A stretch of DNA of 64,000 nt from the NCBI GenBank assembly GCA_002425325.1, contig DIMA01000018.1:8259-72258 (forward strand). Reading direction: 5' to 3'. This document shows, piece after piece, positions 31,396 to 41,099 of the stretch (position 1 is the first letter of the stretch; each line of letters starts with the position of its first letter). A program made the translations under genes and the position numbers. The DNA is from Bacillales bacterium UBA5578. GTDB lineage: Bacteria; Bacillota_I; Bacilli_A; RF39; UBA660. Below the pieces are notes generated by a model, which had not been told where the DNA came from, ran no database searches, and saw nothing but the letters and a program-made list of their open reading frames with translations.

Positions 31396-31924
31396 ATATA
31401 CTAATGATGATATTCCTGTAAAGAGTATAACTAATGGTGTTATTCATCTAGAAGGTAGAGATAATATGAAAGTAACAGGTGTTAAGATAATGCCTAGAAA
31501 TATATTTATCTTAGATCCAGGAATGCAAAATGCAATAATAACTAATTTAAAAACAGTTTATAATGTTATAGATTATGAATTTTGGATAATTGTAGCTGAT
31601 AGACCAGTTGATATAAATGTATATCTATCTGAGTTAGAATTACTTTATAATAAAACATCAGATCCAGCTAGAAGAAAAATAATTACTGAAGATTTAAATA
31701 AAGCTAATATGTTTACAAGTAATAATGTAGTAGATACTGAATATTTCTTATTATTTAAAGAAAGAAATGATGATGTTATTGGAAAGAGAATTAGAAATTT
31801 AATTAATAATTTTGCTAATGCAGGTTTAACAGCTTTCCAAACATCTAATGATGATTTAAGAATGATTTTAGATAATTTCTTAAATGGTGGACAAACAACA
31901 GAATTTGGAACGGTGTTATCATGA
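31376..31924 (+). CDS. VirB4-associated protein (resembles VirB4/TraE N-terminal region)
   Basis: Start moved to ATG 31376; IPVKSI.NGVI...GVKI.P.NI.IL pattern; ATGA overlap with virB4-like gene. Confidence 0.6.
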   Translation: MATQKSKYTNDDIPVKSITNGVIHLEGRDNMKVTGVKIMPRNIFILDPGMQNAIITNLKTVYNVIDYEFWIIVADRPVDINVYLSELELLYNKTSDPARRKIITEDLNKANMFTSNNVVDTEYFLLFKERNDDVIGKRIRNLINNFANAGLTAFQTSNDDLRMILDNFLNGGQTTEFGTVLS

Positions 31925-33708
31925 TAGATATTAAAAGTCAAATAGCTCCTAAGGGACTAGAATTTAAACCTGCTGAATTCGTAATAAGTGATAAACATGC
32001 TACTATATTAACTGTAATTAGTTATCCTAAATATATTTATCCAGGATATTTATCTTCATTAACATCAATGTCTGGAATTAAATTAGTTATTAAACATATA
32101 CCATTACCTTTTAGTACTGTTCAAAAAATGTTAAATAAAGAAATAGCAGATTTAAAGGTAAGATATCAAGAAGAAAATGATAGAACAATTCAAGAAAGAA
32201 TTAAACAAGATTATGCTTCATTGGAAGAATTTGTATCTGAATTAGCAGCTACACAAGCTAAAATCTATGATTTTCAAATGCATATAATGATAACAGCTAA
32301 TTCAGCTGATGAATTAATTGTTAAAAAATTACAAATTAAAAATTATTTAGAAGCAATGGAGATGAAAGCAATTCCATTAAGATTTGAACAAGATAAAGTT
32401 TTAAAATCTATGCTTCCTATTTATGAAAAACAAGATATAGAGGATAGAATTGGAACACCAATTCCAGCACCTACAATGGCTGCTATGTATCCATTTATAT
32501 TTGATAGTATAAAAGATCCAGGATTATCTACATTATTAGGTATAGATTTTTCTGGAGGAGTTATATTATTTAATCAATTTTTATATCAAATTAAGAAAGA
32601 ACATAATAGAAATAATGCTAATATGATTATATTAGGAACATCTGGTAGTGGTAAGTCTACTGCAGCTAAATTATTATTAAGAAATCATATTAGAAATAAT
32701 CATCAATTAATTGTTATTGACCCTGAAGGTGAATTAGAAGATATGTGCCTACAATATGGCGGTGACTTTATAAGCCTTGGTAAAGGTGGACAATTTGGTA
32801 TGATTAATCCTTTTGAAGTTGTTATGGATGTAGATGAAGAAGAAATTAAACAAGGTTTAGGATATACTACATTTACTAGAACAATTCAATCAATTAAAGC
32901 TTTCTTAAAATATTATGATCCTTCTGTTGAAGAGGATGTTCTAAATATGTTTAGTGAAGTTGCTCAAGAAACATATAGAAGATTTAATATTAATTTTGAT
33001 ACCAATTTTATGAACTTGACAAGTGCAGATTATCCTACATTTAAGGATGTATATGCTACTGTTAAAGGTAAATTATTATCAATGCCAGAAAGAACTCAAG
33101 AAAGAGATATTTTAGAAAGATTAGAATTAAAAATTAGACCATTAGTAAAAGAATTAAAATATTATTTTGATGGTCATACTACTATTTCAGCTAAAAGTGA
33201 TTTTATAGTATTTAATATAAGAGAGTTAATGAATTCTGATGAAAATATCAGAAATGCTTTATTCTTCAATGTGTTAAAATATGCTTGGAGTTTAACTTTA
33301 GATGTTAACAAAAATACTATATTAGAAGTAGATGAAGCTCACGTATTATTAAGTAATCAAAACGTTTTAGGTGCTGATTTCTTAGCTCAAATTCAAAGAC
33401 GTGCAAGAAAATATAATACAGGTACAATTATTATTACTCAACAACCAACAGATTTCTGTGACCCAGCTGTTATTACTCAAGGTAAGGCAATATTTGATAA
33501 TACATCTTACTATTTAGTAATGGGATTAAAGAAACAAGCTGCAACAGATTTAGCTAGATTAATAGATTTAAATGAATCTGAGGTTGAAAGTATTAAAAAA
33601 TATGGTCAAGGGGAAGCTTTATTTATATGTGGTAGTAGAAGAATGAGAATTAACGTTGTGGTTACAGAAGAAGAATTAGATTCATTTGGCCGTGGCGGAG
33701 GTTTATAA
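31921..33708 (+). CDS. VirB4-like T4SS ATPase
   Basis: N.NMIILGTSGSGKS, IDPEGE, INPFE, VDEAH, RRARKY, ITQQP.DF. Confidence 0.92.
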   Translation: MIDIKSQIAPKGLEFKPAEFVISDKHATILTVISYPKYIYPGYLSSLTSMSGIKLVIKHIPLPFSTVQKMLNKEIADLKVRYQEENDRTIQERIKQDYASLEEFVSELAATQAKIYDFQMHIMITANSADELIVKKLQIKNYLEAMEMKAIPLRFEQDKVLKSMLPIYEKQDIEDRIGTPIPAPTMAAMYPFIFDSIKDPGLSTLLGIDFSGGVILFNQFLYQIKKEHNRNNANMIILGTSGSGKSTAAKLLLRNHIRNNHQLIVIDPEGELEDMCLQYGGDFISLGKGGQFGMINPFEVVMDVDEEEIKQGLGYTTFTRTIQSIKAFLKYYDPSVEEDVLNMFSEVAQETYRRFNINFDTNFMNLTSADYPTFKDVYATVKGKLLSMPERTQERDILERLELKIRPLVKELKYYFDGHTTISAKSDFIVFNIRELMNSDENIRNALFFNVLKYAWSLTLDVNKNTILEVDEAHVLLSNQNVLGADFLAQIQRRARKYNTGTIIITQQPTDFCDPAVITQGKAIFDNTSYYLVMGLKKQAATDLARLIDLNESEVESIKKYGQGEALFICGSRRMRINVVVTEEELDSFGRGGGL

Positions 33709-33727
33709 TTATTAAGTAGGTGATTTT

Positions 33728-36052
33728 ATGAATAATCAAAGTATACCTAAAATAAGTAATTCAGGAAATGGTGGGGCAAAAACCCCATCATTATCTGCTA
33801 ATACGGGTGAAAAAAATAATACTAAATTAGCTAATATAAACAAACAAAAAAGTTCGACTCCATCTGGTAAAAGAGCTGAAGACTATAAAAAAGGTTTATC
33901 TAATAATAAAGGTGATGCAGCAAAGCAAAGATTAAATAACTTAAAAGACAATATGAATAATCTTAAAAAGTTTGCTGCAAAAGAGGGAATAAAAAAAGCT
34001 GCAGCTGCGTATGGAGTACCAGAACCAGTTGTTGGTAATCTTCTTAATTCAAAATTGGGAGATAAACTTATTGATGAAGCATTGAAAAAGGGAGATCCTG
34101 CTGCTGCATTGGAACCATTAAAAAAAGTTGGAAAAGGTGCAATAGATGCTTCTAAAAAAATAAATGATGCTTTTTCTCCTGAATCGGAAAAATCTTCTGA
34201 TCAAAAAAGTGATGAGAGAGAAGCAGAAAAAGTTAATAATGGTGAAATTACTTTTGAGTTTTCAGGTAAAACAATAAAATATTTAGCAATTATTGCTCCA
34301 GTATGTTTTGCTTTATTAATGTTTGTTATGATTGTAGTTGTAGCCATATCTGATGATAAAGCATCATCTATGATTTTAGCAGGGTTATCTTCAGATGAAA
34401 GAGGAGCTATATTAGATCAATTTGGTAATGGATCTGGTGAAATTGCATATAATACCGTTGGTAAAGGTACTAATGAATATCCTAAAAGTTATTATGAAAG
34501 ATTAGAAAGTTTAGGAAATGTTTATTCATCAGATGGAAAATGTAAGGGTGCAGACTGTATGTCTCGTGCTGAATTCTTATATTATCTAAAAATTGCTGAC
34601 ATTAGTTTAAGATATCAAAATAAATACGGTGTAAAATTAGATTGGTTCTTGATAGCAGCAACTAATTTATACCAAGATAATACTAATGAAGAAACAATGG
34701 AAAAAAATACTGGTGGATATGATAAAGATACAGTAGAAAATTTTGATACACCTTCATTATTAGATTGGGATAATGATTTTAAAAATATGGATGGTTATAC
34801 ATATTTAGATCCTAATGATTCAAAATATGATTTAAATATTTTAGCTAAAAATATGGTAACTAAAAAAACATATCAAAGTTGTACTAAAAATGGTACAGTT
34901 ACAAAGAATCAAGAAGATACTGATGTAGAAGATATGTATTTTACTCCAACAGGTGGTAAGAAATTAATTTGTGCTGCTGGAGAAACTTATAGCATATACA
35001 GTACATATACTTTAGATAAAGATAAGTATGATGAATTTATGCTTGAATATATTGATAAAAAAATGTTAACTCCAAGTACAGGAGGAGCATCAGGTAGTGG
35101 CTGTTATTATTGGCCTTTAAAAAATGGTGCAGGAACTATTACTTCAAAATTTGGTAATAGAAAAGCACCAACTCAAGGAGCATCTACTAATCATAAAGGT
35201 TTAGATATTGGTGTTCCAGAAGGTACTGAAATAGTATCAACTATTCCAGGAACTGTTATTCGTGCAGGTGCTGTTGATGGCTTTGGATATGCTGTATATA
35301 TTGATCATGGTAATGATATGGTTTCAAAATATGGTCATATTAGAGCTGATGGTATAAAGGTAAAAGTAGGAGATAAAGTATCTCAAGGTCAAGTTATTGC
35401 TTTATCAGGAAATACTGGTATTTCAACAGGTCCACATTTACATTTTCAATTAGAGATGAGTGGTAATCCAGTTGATCCTTTAGATTATGTAAGTCAAGAC
35501 AATCCTGCTCCTACAAGTTGTAGAACAGTTTCAGGAAATTCATTATCAAATGCTTTTGTTAAATTAGCATTAGCGCAAATCAATGATCCTGAAGGAGTTA
35601 ATGGTAAAAAGTATTGGCAATTTATGGGATATAATAGTAGAGTTCCATGGTGTGCTGCATTTGTTTCATGGGTAGTTCAAAATACTAACTTTAATGGTCA
35701 AAGAATGGCTAGTATAGTTAATTATAGATCTGCAAGTGTAAATGAATGGATGAAATATTTTAATGGTGGAACAGGTAAAATTAAATTTTATTATAATGAT
35801 AATTGTTCAAAATATGCTGGTAAAAATGGAAGTGGAAAATATATTCCAAAAGAAGGAGATATGATTTTCTTTGATTGGGATCAAACATGGAATGGTAATT
35901 TCCCACCTTCAGGACCAGATCATATAGGAATTGTGCAACATACAAGAAATGGTGTTATTACTACAATAGAAGGTAATACAAGTAATAAAGTAGCTGAAAG
36001 AACTTATAACTTAAATAGTTGTAAAGTTGTAGGTTTTGGTTCTTGGTATTAG
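33728..36052 (+). CDS. Membrane-anchored cell-wall hydrolase: M23 endopeptidase + CHAP amidase
   Basis: ITSKFGNR...HKGLDIG...YGH...GNTG.STGPHLHF (M23); PWCAAFVSW...DHIGIV...IEGNT (CHAP); one TM near residue 185-205. Confidence 0.92.
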   Translation: MNNQSIPKISNSGNGGAKTPSLSANTGEKNNTKLANINKQKSSTPSGKRAEDYKKGLSNNKGDAAKQRLNNLKDNMNNLKKFAAKEGIKKAAAAYGVPEPVVGNLLNSKLGDKLIDEALKKGDPAAALEPLKKVGKGAIDASKKINDAFSPESEKSSDQKSDEREAEKVNNGEITFEFSGKTIKYLAIIAPVCFALLMFVMIVVVAISDDKASSMILAGLSSDERGAILDQFGNGSGEIAYNTVGKGTNEYPKSYYERLESLGNVYSSDGKCKGADCMSRAEFLYYLKIADISLRYQNKYGVKLDWFLIAATNLYQDNTNEETMEKNTGGYDKDTVENFDTPSLLDWDNDFKNMDGYTYLDPNDSKYDLNILAKNMVTKKTYQSCTKNGTVTKNQEDTDVEDMYFTPTGGKKLICAAGETYSIYSTYTLDKDKYDEFMLEYIDKKMLTPSTGGASGSGCYYWPLKNGAGTITSKFGNRKAPTQGASTNHKGLDIGVPEGTEIVSTIPGTVIRAGAVDGFGYAVYIDHGNDMVSKYGHIRADGIKVKVGDKVSQGQVIALSGNTGISTGPHLHFQLEMSGNPVDPLDYVSQDNPAPTSCRTVSGNSLSNAFVKLALAQINDPEGVNGKKYWQFMGYNSRVPWCAAFVSWVVQNTNFNGQRMASIVNYRSASVNEWMKYFNGGTGKIKFYYNDNCSKYAGKNGSGKYIPKEGDMIFFDWDQTWNGNFPPSGPDHIGIVQHTRNGVITTIEGNTSNKVAERTYNLNSCKVVGFGSWY

Positions 36053-36061
36053 GAGGTTAAT

Positions 36062-36733
36062 ATGAAGAAAAATATTTTATTATTAGGATTATTAATCTTA
36101 TTATCTGGTTGCACAACAAAATATAATTTAACTTTTTCAGGTGATAAAATAAAAGAAAATATTGATATTAATATAGATAATGCAGAAATAAAACTAGGTG
36201 AGTCATATGTGCCTGGTATTGAATCTGATAATCGTATAAATAATATATTAAAAGAAGATCAATATCCATTATTTAATAATGAAAAAGTAAAATATGACAA
36301 AAAAGTTACTAGAAAAGGTTCTTATACAAATGTAAAATTAAGTCATAGTTATACATTTGATGAATATTTAAGTTCAAATGCATATTTAACATGTTTTGAA
36401 AATAAAAAAATGTCTAAAAATAGAAATTCATATTCTTTATCATTAAATGGTAATTTCTATTGTTTATATAGTGATGATATAGAAATAAATATTAAAACAG
36501 ATAGAGAAGTATTAAAACATAATGCTGATAAAGTAAAAGGAAATACATATACATGGATTATTAATTCAGAAAATGTAAAAGATGCTAATATATATTTCCA
36601 AATGTCTACAAGATACAAATCTACAAATACTATACTAATTGTAGTAGCAGTAGTTGTTGGAGTAGTATTATTAGGCGGAGGATTTATTATATATAGTAAA
36701 CTAAAAAATAGAGACAGCATTAATGAAATATAG
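36062..36733 (+). CDS. Lipoprotein with C-terminal TM anchor (paralog A)
   Basis: Lipobox LLSGC; HNADKV.G..YTW motif; C-terminal TM. Confidence 0.75.
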   Translation: MKKNILLLGLLILLSGCTTKYNLTFSGDKIKENIDINIDNAEIKLGESYVPGIESDNRINNILKEDQYPLFNNEKVKYDKKVTRKGSYTNVKLSHSYTFDEYLSSNAYLTCFENKKMSKNRNSYSLSLNGNFYCLYSDDIEINIKTDREVLKHNADKVKGNTYTWIINSENVKDANIYFQMSTRYKSTNTILIVVAVVVGVVLLGGGFIIYSKLKNRDSINEI

Positions 36734-36746
36734 TAGAGGTGTTAGT

Positions 36747-38108
36747 ATGAAAAAAGAATTAAAAAGAATATTATTTATTGTTTTAACAGTATCATTATTA
36801 ATACCTTTTACTGTTTTTGGATATGAATTTGAAAATAAAGAAAGAGAATCTAATGCTAAAAGAGTAAAAGAAGAAATATACGATTTATATAATTTATATA
36901 AATATATAATTGGTAATAATCCAGAAACTGAATACGGTGTTATTGGTTATAATGGTCAATGTTCACAAGTAACAGTAAATGGAAAAACAGTTAATATAGA
37001 TGATTATATTGCTGGTGTTATTAAACAAGAAATGGGTGGAAATAACTTACAAGCCTTAAAAGCTCAAGCAATTGCAGCTAGATCTTATTTATTAAGTACA
37101 AATTCTGGTTCAACTTGTAAAGTAGTTAATGGTCAAAGTTATCAAGCTTATACTGAAGAAAAAAATAGGAACTCTATATATTATAGAGCAGCAAAAGAAA
37201 CTTCAGGAATGGTTGTTAGTAGAAATGGTAGAATAGCTATGACTCAATATCAATCACATCCTGCAGGTAAATGGTGTAAAGAAGATGCTAGTGGTTGGCA
37301 TATTACTTTCCAAAGATTTTCAGACGATTCTAGTTCAACATGGGTTTGGAATGGACCTAATAAAGAAACTGTTAGAAGAGTAGCTGGAGACGGTTCATTA
37401 TATGGAACAGAAATGAACTACAATAATGGACATCACTTTGGAATGAGTCAAACAGTAGCTATGTATTTAGCTAAAGCACAAGGATATTCATATGAAAAAT
37501 TAATCAAAACATTCTATGGTGAAGATGTAATGAAATTATCTGATGGAGTGTATGATGGTAATTTAAGTTATGTGGATTCTGATTTTGGAAAAATATACTA
37601 TTATAATCAATTGGATTATGCTAAATACTATTATTCTGCAAATCCATCAAGTTCAAATACATATGGAGGTACAATAGCAAGTCATGGTTGTGGACCTACA
37701 TCTATGGCAATTGTAGCTTCTAGTATGCTTAACAAAAATATTTCACCAGTTGAAACAACTCAAAAAACTTGTGCAGCTGGAGGATGTACTTCTGGTGGAT
37801 CATATAATAATACATTAGGTCAAGTATTGAATCAACAATACGGATTACATGTTAAAATGTCTGGTAATAATCAAGAAGTATTAAATGCACTTGGATCTGG
37901 TAAATCATTAGTTATAGTTTTAATGGGACCAGGAACATTTACTACTGGAGGACACTATATTGTATTAACTGGTGTAAATAGACAAGGTCAAGTATCTGTT
38001 GCAGATCCAGCTAGTAGAAAAAGAACTGAAACTAAATGGTTCTCATTTAATACAATAATAGAACAAAGAAAAAAATATGCTAATTATACAATAATTACTA
38101 AAAGTTAG
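36747..38108 (+). CDS. Exported SpoIID/LytB-like lytic transglycosylase + peptidase C39-like fusion
   Basis: YIAGVIKQEM, ALKAQAIAARSY, YQAY, GHHFGMSQ (SpoIID); YNQ, GCGPTSMA, GGHYIVL, DPAS (C39-like). Confidence 0.88.
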   Translation: MKKELKRILFIVLTVSLLIPFTVFGYEFENKERESNAKRVKEEIYDLYNLYKYIIGNNPETEYGVIGYNGQCSQVTVNGKTVNIDDYIAGVIKQEMGGNNLQALKAQAIAARSYLLSTNSGSTCKVVNGQSYQAYTEEKNRNSIYYRAAKETSGMVVSRNGRIAMTQYQSHPAGKWCKEDASGWHITFQRFSDDSSSTWVWNGPNKETVRRVAGDGSLYGTEMNYNNGHHFGMSQTVAMYLAKAQGYSYEKLIKTFYGEDVMKLSDGVYDGNLSYVDSDFGKIYYYNQLDYAKYYYSANPSSSNTYGGTIASHGCGPTSMAIVASSMLNKNISPVETTQKTCAAGGCTSGGSYNNTLGQVLNQQYGLHVKMSGNNQEVLNALGSGKSLVIVLMGPGTFTTGGHYIVLTGVNRQGQVSVADPASRKRTETKWFSFNTIIEQRKKYANYTIITKS

Positions 38109-38113
38109 GTGAT

Positions 38114-38800
38114 TTGATGAAGAAAAATTTAATATTATTATTTATTGTATTCTTATTAAGTGGTTGTACAGTTGATTATCAATTAACAATTGATAAGAAT
38201 GGGAAAGTATCAGAGGATGCTCGAGCAATGGAAGATCAAGAATTCTTTAAAGAATATAATAAATCTTCTATTGGTAGAGTAGTTGGATTTTTAATTGAAC
38301 CATATTCTGAGGAATTAAATAAGAACAACTATACTACTAATACTATTATAAATAAGAGCACAGGTGGTGCTAATCTTAGTAAAGAATATAGTAGCGTTGA
38401 AGAATATTCTAAAAACACTAAATTAGTTGGTCAATTTTCTGATAATGTAATCTATAAAGAAGATGGATCAAAAGTTACATTAAGTGTTAAAGGAAAATTA
38501 TCAGATCAAGAACAAAACCAAGATAAATTTCCAATAGATTCTGCTACAATCATTATTGAATTACCATTTGAGGTAACAGATAATAATGCCGATAAAATTG
38601 TAGGTAGAAAATATATTTGGAATTTAGAATCTGGAAAAGAGAAAGAAATAAAATTAGTATATAATAAAAATAAAATAGCAAAAGATAATGGAGATAATAT
38701 AGTTATATTTGTTGTAATTGGTGCAATTGTATTAATTGCAATTGGTGTAGTAGCTGTATTTAACTTTAAAGCTAAAAGAGAAGAAATGAATAAAATATAA
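38114..38800 (+). CDS. Lipoprotein with C-terminal TM anchor (paralog B)
   Basis: Lipobox LLSGC; NNADKI.G..YIW motif; C-terminal TM; ends N.I like paralog A. Confidence 0.75.
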   Translation: MMKKNLILLFIVFLLSGCTVDYQLTIDKNGKVSEDARAMEDQEFFKEYNKSSIGRVVGFLIEPYSEELNKNNYTTNTIINKSTGGANLSKEYSSVEEYSKNTKLVGQFSDNVIYKEDGSKVTLSVKGKLSDQEQNQDKFPIDSATIIIELPFEVTDNNADKIVGRKYIWNLESGKEKEIKLVYNKNKIAKDNGDNIVIFVVIGAIVLIAIGVVAVFNFKAKREEMNKI

Positions 38801-38811
38801 GGAGGTAATAT

Positions 38812-41010
38812 ATGAAATTAAAATTTAGAGCAGAAAAAAAAGACGTAATAATATTTTTAATATTTTCATTAATATTATTTCTTTTGATATGTTTAGCCGT
38901 ATCTAATATTGGTTCATTTTTATCAGAAGAAGGTACATTTTCAGGACTTAATATAGTTCCTGCATTAACAACATATTTACCTTTAACATTGTTATTATTT
39001 ATTGTTTGTATTATAGCAATGTTTATGAGTGTTCAATCTTGGTTTATTGAACGTGAAGAAGGTGTAGGATTCCAAATTGGATCTAAAAGAGAAAAAAATT
39101 ATTCACACTGGGAAAAAGACTCAGAAATGAAAAAGGGTCAAGATATAGTTGCAGTTGATCCATTAGCACCAAAAGCTAATGCTGCTGGTATACCAATTAT
39201 TATGACACCTAAAAAAGTATGGGTTGATAATGGTGGATATCATAACTTAGTAATAGGTTCTACTGGTGCTGGTAAAACTCAAACAACTGTATTACCAATG
39301 GTTAACTTATTAGCAAAAAATGATGAATCTATGATTATTACCGACCCAAAAGGTGAAATCTATGAAGATACATCTAATTATTTAAGAAGTTTAGGATATA
39401 ATATAGTTTTATTAAACTTCCGTGATCCTCAACAAGGTAATAGTTGGAATCCAATGTATTTACCATATTCATTATATAAAGATAATAAAATAGATAAATC
39501 AATTGAGTTACTTGAAGACTTAGCTGCAAATATATTAAAAGATCCTTCTGCTAAAGGACAAGACCCATTCTGGGAAAATACTTCAGCCGATTATTTTGCA
39601 GGTTTATCATTTGCATTATTTGAAGATGCTGATGAATCACAAGTAAACTTAAATAGTATTAACTTAATGACAACAGTTGGAGAAGAAAAATTAGCTAATA
39701 CAACATATGTAAAAGAATATTTTACATTTAAAGATCCAGCTAGTACAGCTTATATTAAAGCATCTTCTACACTGATGGCACCAAACGAAACAAAAGGATC
39801 TATCTTATCAGTATTTAAACAAAGAGTTCAATTATTTGCATCTCGTACTAATTTATCTGAGATGTTAGCAAATAATGACTTTGATATGAGAGATATTGGT
39901 CGTAAAAAAACAGCAGTATTTATTGTAATTCAAGATGAAAAAACAACATATCATACTTTAGTTACAATATTCTTAAAACAATGTTATGAAACTTTAATTT
40001 CAGTAGCACAAGAATGTGGAGGAAAATTACCACATAGAACAAACTTTATTCTTGATGAGTTTGCTAACATGCCACCATTAAAGGATGTTACAACAATGGT
40101 TACTGCTGCTCGTTCAAGAAATATAAGATTTACATTTATCATTCAAAACTTTGCTCAATTAAATGAAGTTTATGGTAAAGAAAATGGTGAAACAATTAAA
40201 GGTAACTGTGGTAACATAGTTTACTTAATAAGTACTGAACTTACAGCGCTTGAAGAAATAAGTAAGATGTGTGGTGAGGTTAAATCTAAAGAAAAAGAAA
40301 AAACTTCATCTACACCATTAGTTACTGTAAGTGATTTACAAAGAATGAAACAATGGGAAACAATTATACTACGTATAAGAACAATGCCATTTAAAACAAC
40401 ATTAACTCCAAACTTTAAAATGCAATGGGGACATAATTTCCCTAAAGCTGATTATCCAATGAGAGAAGAAAAAGGAGTTAAAACATTTGATTTAAAAACA
40501 TATGTTGAGAAAAAAAGAGATGAAAAGATTAATAACTTAATTGGTGGTGCTAATAGTAACTCTCCATTTGGTGGTGGAAATTCTCCATTTGGAGCCCAAG
40601 GTAGTTCACCATTTGGTGGTGGAAGACAAAATAGTCCATTTGGAGGAGGAATGCCTTCAACACCATTTGGAAATGGAACACCAAGTAGTCCATTCTCATC
40701 AAAACCTCAACAAACTGCTCCAAGTAGTCCATTTGGTACTCCAAAAAATGAGGACTCAGGAATTAATATGGAAAGTTTAGTTAATAGAATCAATGCTAAA
40801 ATTGAAGAATTGGAAGCTGAAGATAAAAAGAATAATGAAGTTAAACAAGATAAAGTTATTGAACCATCACCTTTTATGAGTGATAAATTAGTTTCTAATA
40901 CTAAACCTTCAACATCAAAACCAGTTGAATCATTTGTACCTGATACAAATACTCATAAATCAGGAGTTACTGATGATCAATTCTTTGATGATTTCTTTGG
41001 AGATGATTAA
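38812..41010 (+). CDS. VirD4/TraG-family type IV coupling protein
   Basis: Two N-terminal TMs, H.LVIGSTGAGKT, TDPKGE, WNP, DPFW, LDEFANMP, ARSRNI, QNFAQL..VYG; SPFG-repeat tail. Confidence 0.93.
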   Translation: MKLKFRAEKKDVIIFLIFSLILFLLICLAVSNIGSFLSEEGTFSGLNIVPALTTYLPLTLLLFIVCIIAMFMSVQSWFIEREEGVGFQIGSKREKNYSHWEKDSEMKKGQDIVAVDPLAPKANAAGIPIIMTPKKVWVDNGGYHNLVIGSTGAGKTQTTVLPMVNLLAKNDESMIITDPKGEIYEDTSNYLRSLGYNIVLLNFRDPQQGNSWNPMYLPYSLYKDNKIDKSIELLEDLAANILKDPSAKGQDPFWENTSADYFAGLSFALFEDADESQVNLNSINLMTTVGEEKLANTTYVKEYFTFKDPASTAYIKASSTLMAPNETKGSILSVFKQRVQLFASRTNLSEMLANNDFDMRDIGRKKTAVFIVIQDEKTTYHTLVTIFLKQCYETLISVAQECGGKLPHRTNFILDEFANMPPLKDVTTMVTAARSRNIRFTFIIQNFAQLNEVYGKENGETIKGNCGNIVYLISTELTALEEISKMCGEVKSKEKEKTSSTPLVTVSDLQRMKQWETIILRIRTMPFKTTLTPNFKMQWGHNFPKADYPMREEKGVKTFDLKTYVEKKRDEKINNLIGGANSNSPFGGGNSPFGAQGSSPFGGGRQNSPFGGGMPSTPFGNGTPSSPFSSKPQQTAPSSPFGTPKNEDSGINMESLVNRINAKIEELEAEDKKNNEVKQDKVIEPSPFMSDKLVSNTKPSTSKPVESFVPDTNTHKSGVTDDQFFDDFFGDD

Positions 41011-41030
41011 AAATAGCGAAAGCTATTTTT
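41009..41030 (+). terminator. Intrinsic terminator closing the Tad/T4SS locus
   Basis: aaaaatagc-gaaa-gctattttt hairpin. Confidence 0.8.
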
Positions 41031-41099
41031 ATTTTTTTTAATAATACAATACTAGTTTTTTAATATTATATATATTATAATTATAATGGAGTTGATTAT

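Noticed and set aside
40560-40740. ccatttgg repeats as a non-coding repeat array
   Set aside because: They encode the SPFG repeats of VirD4; ORFs 40541..40780 and 40550..40744 are shadows of it.
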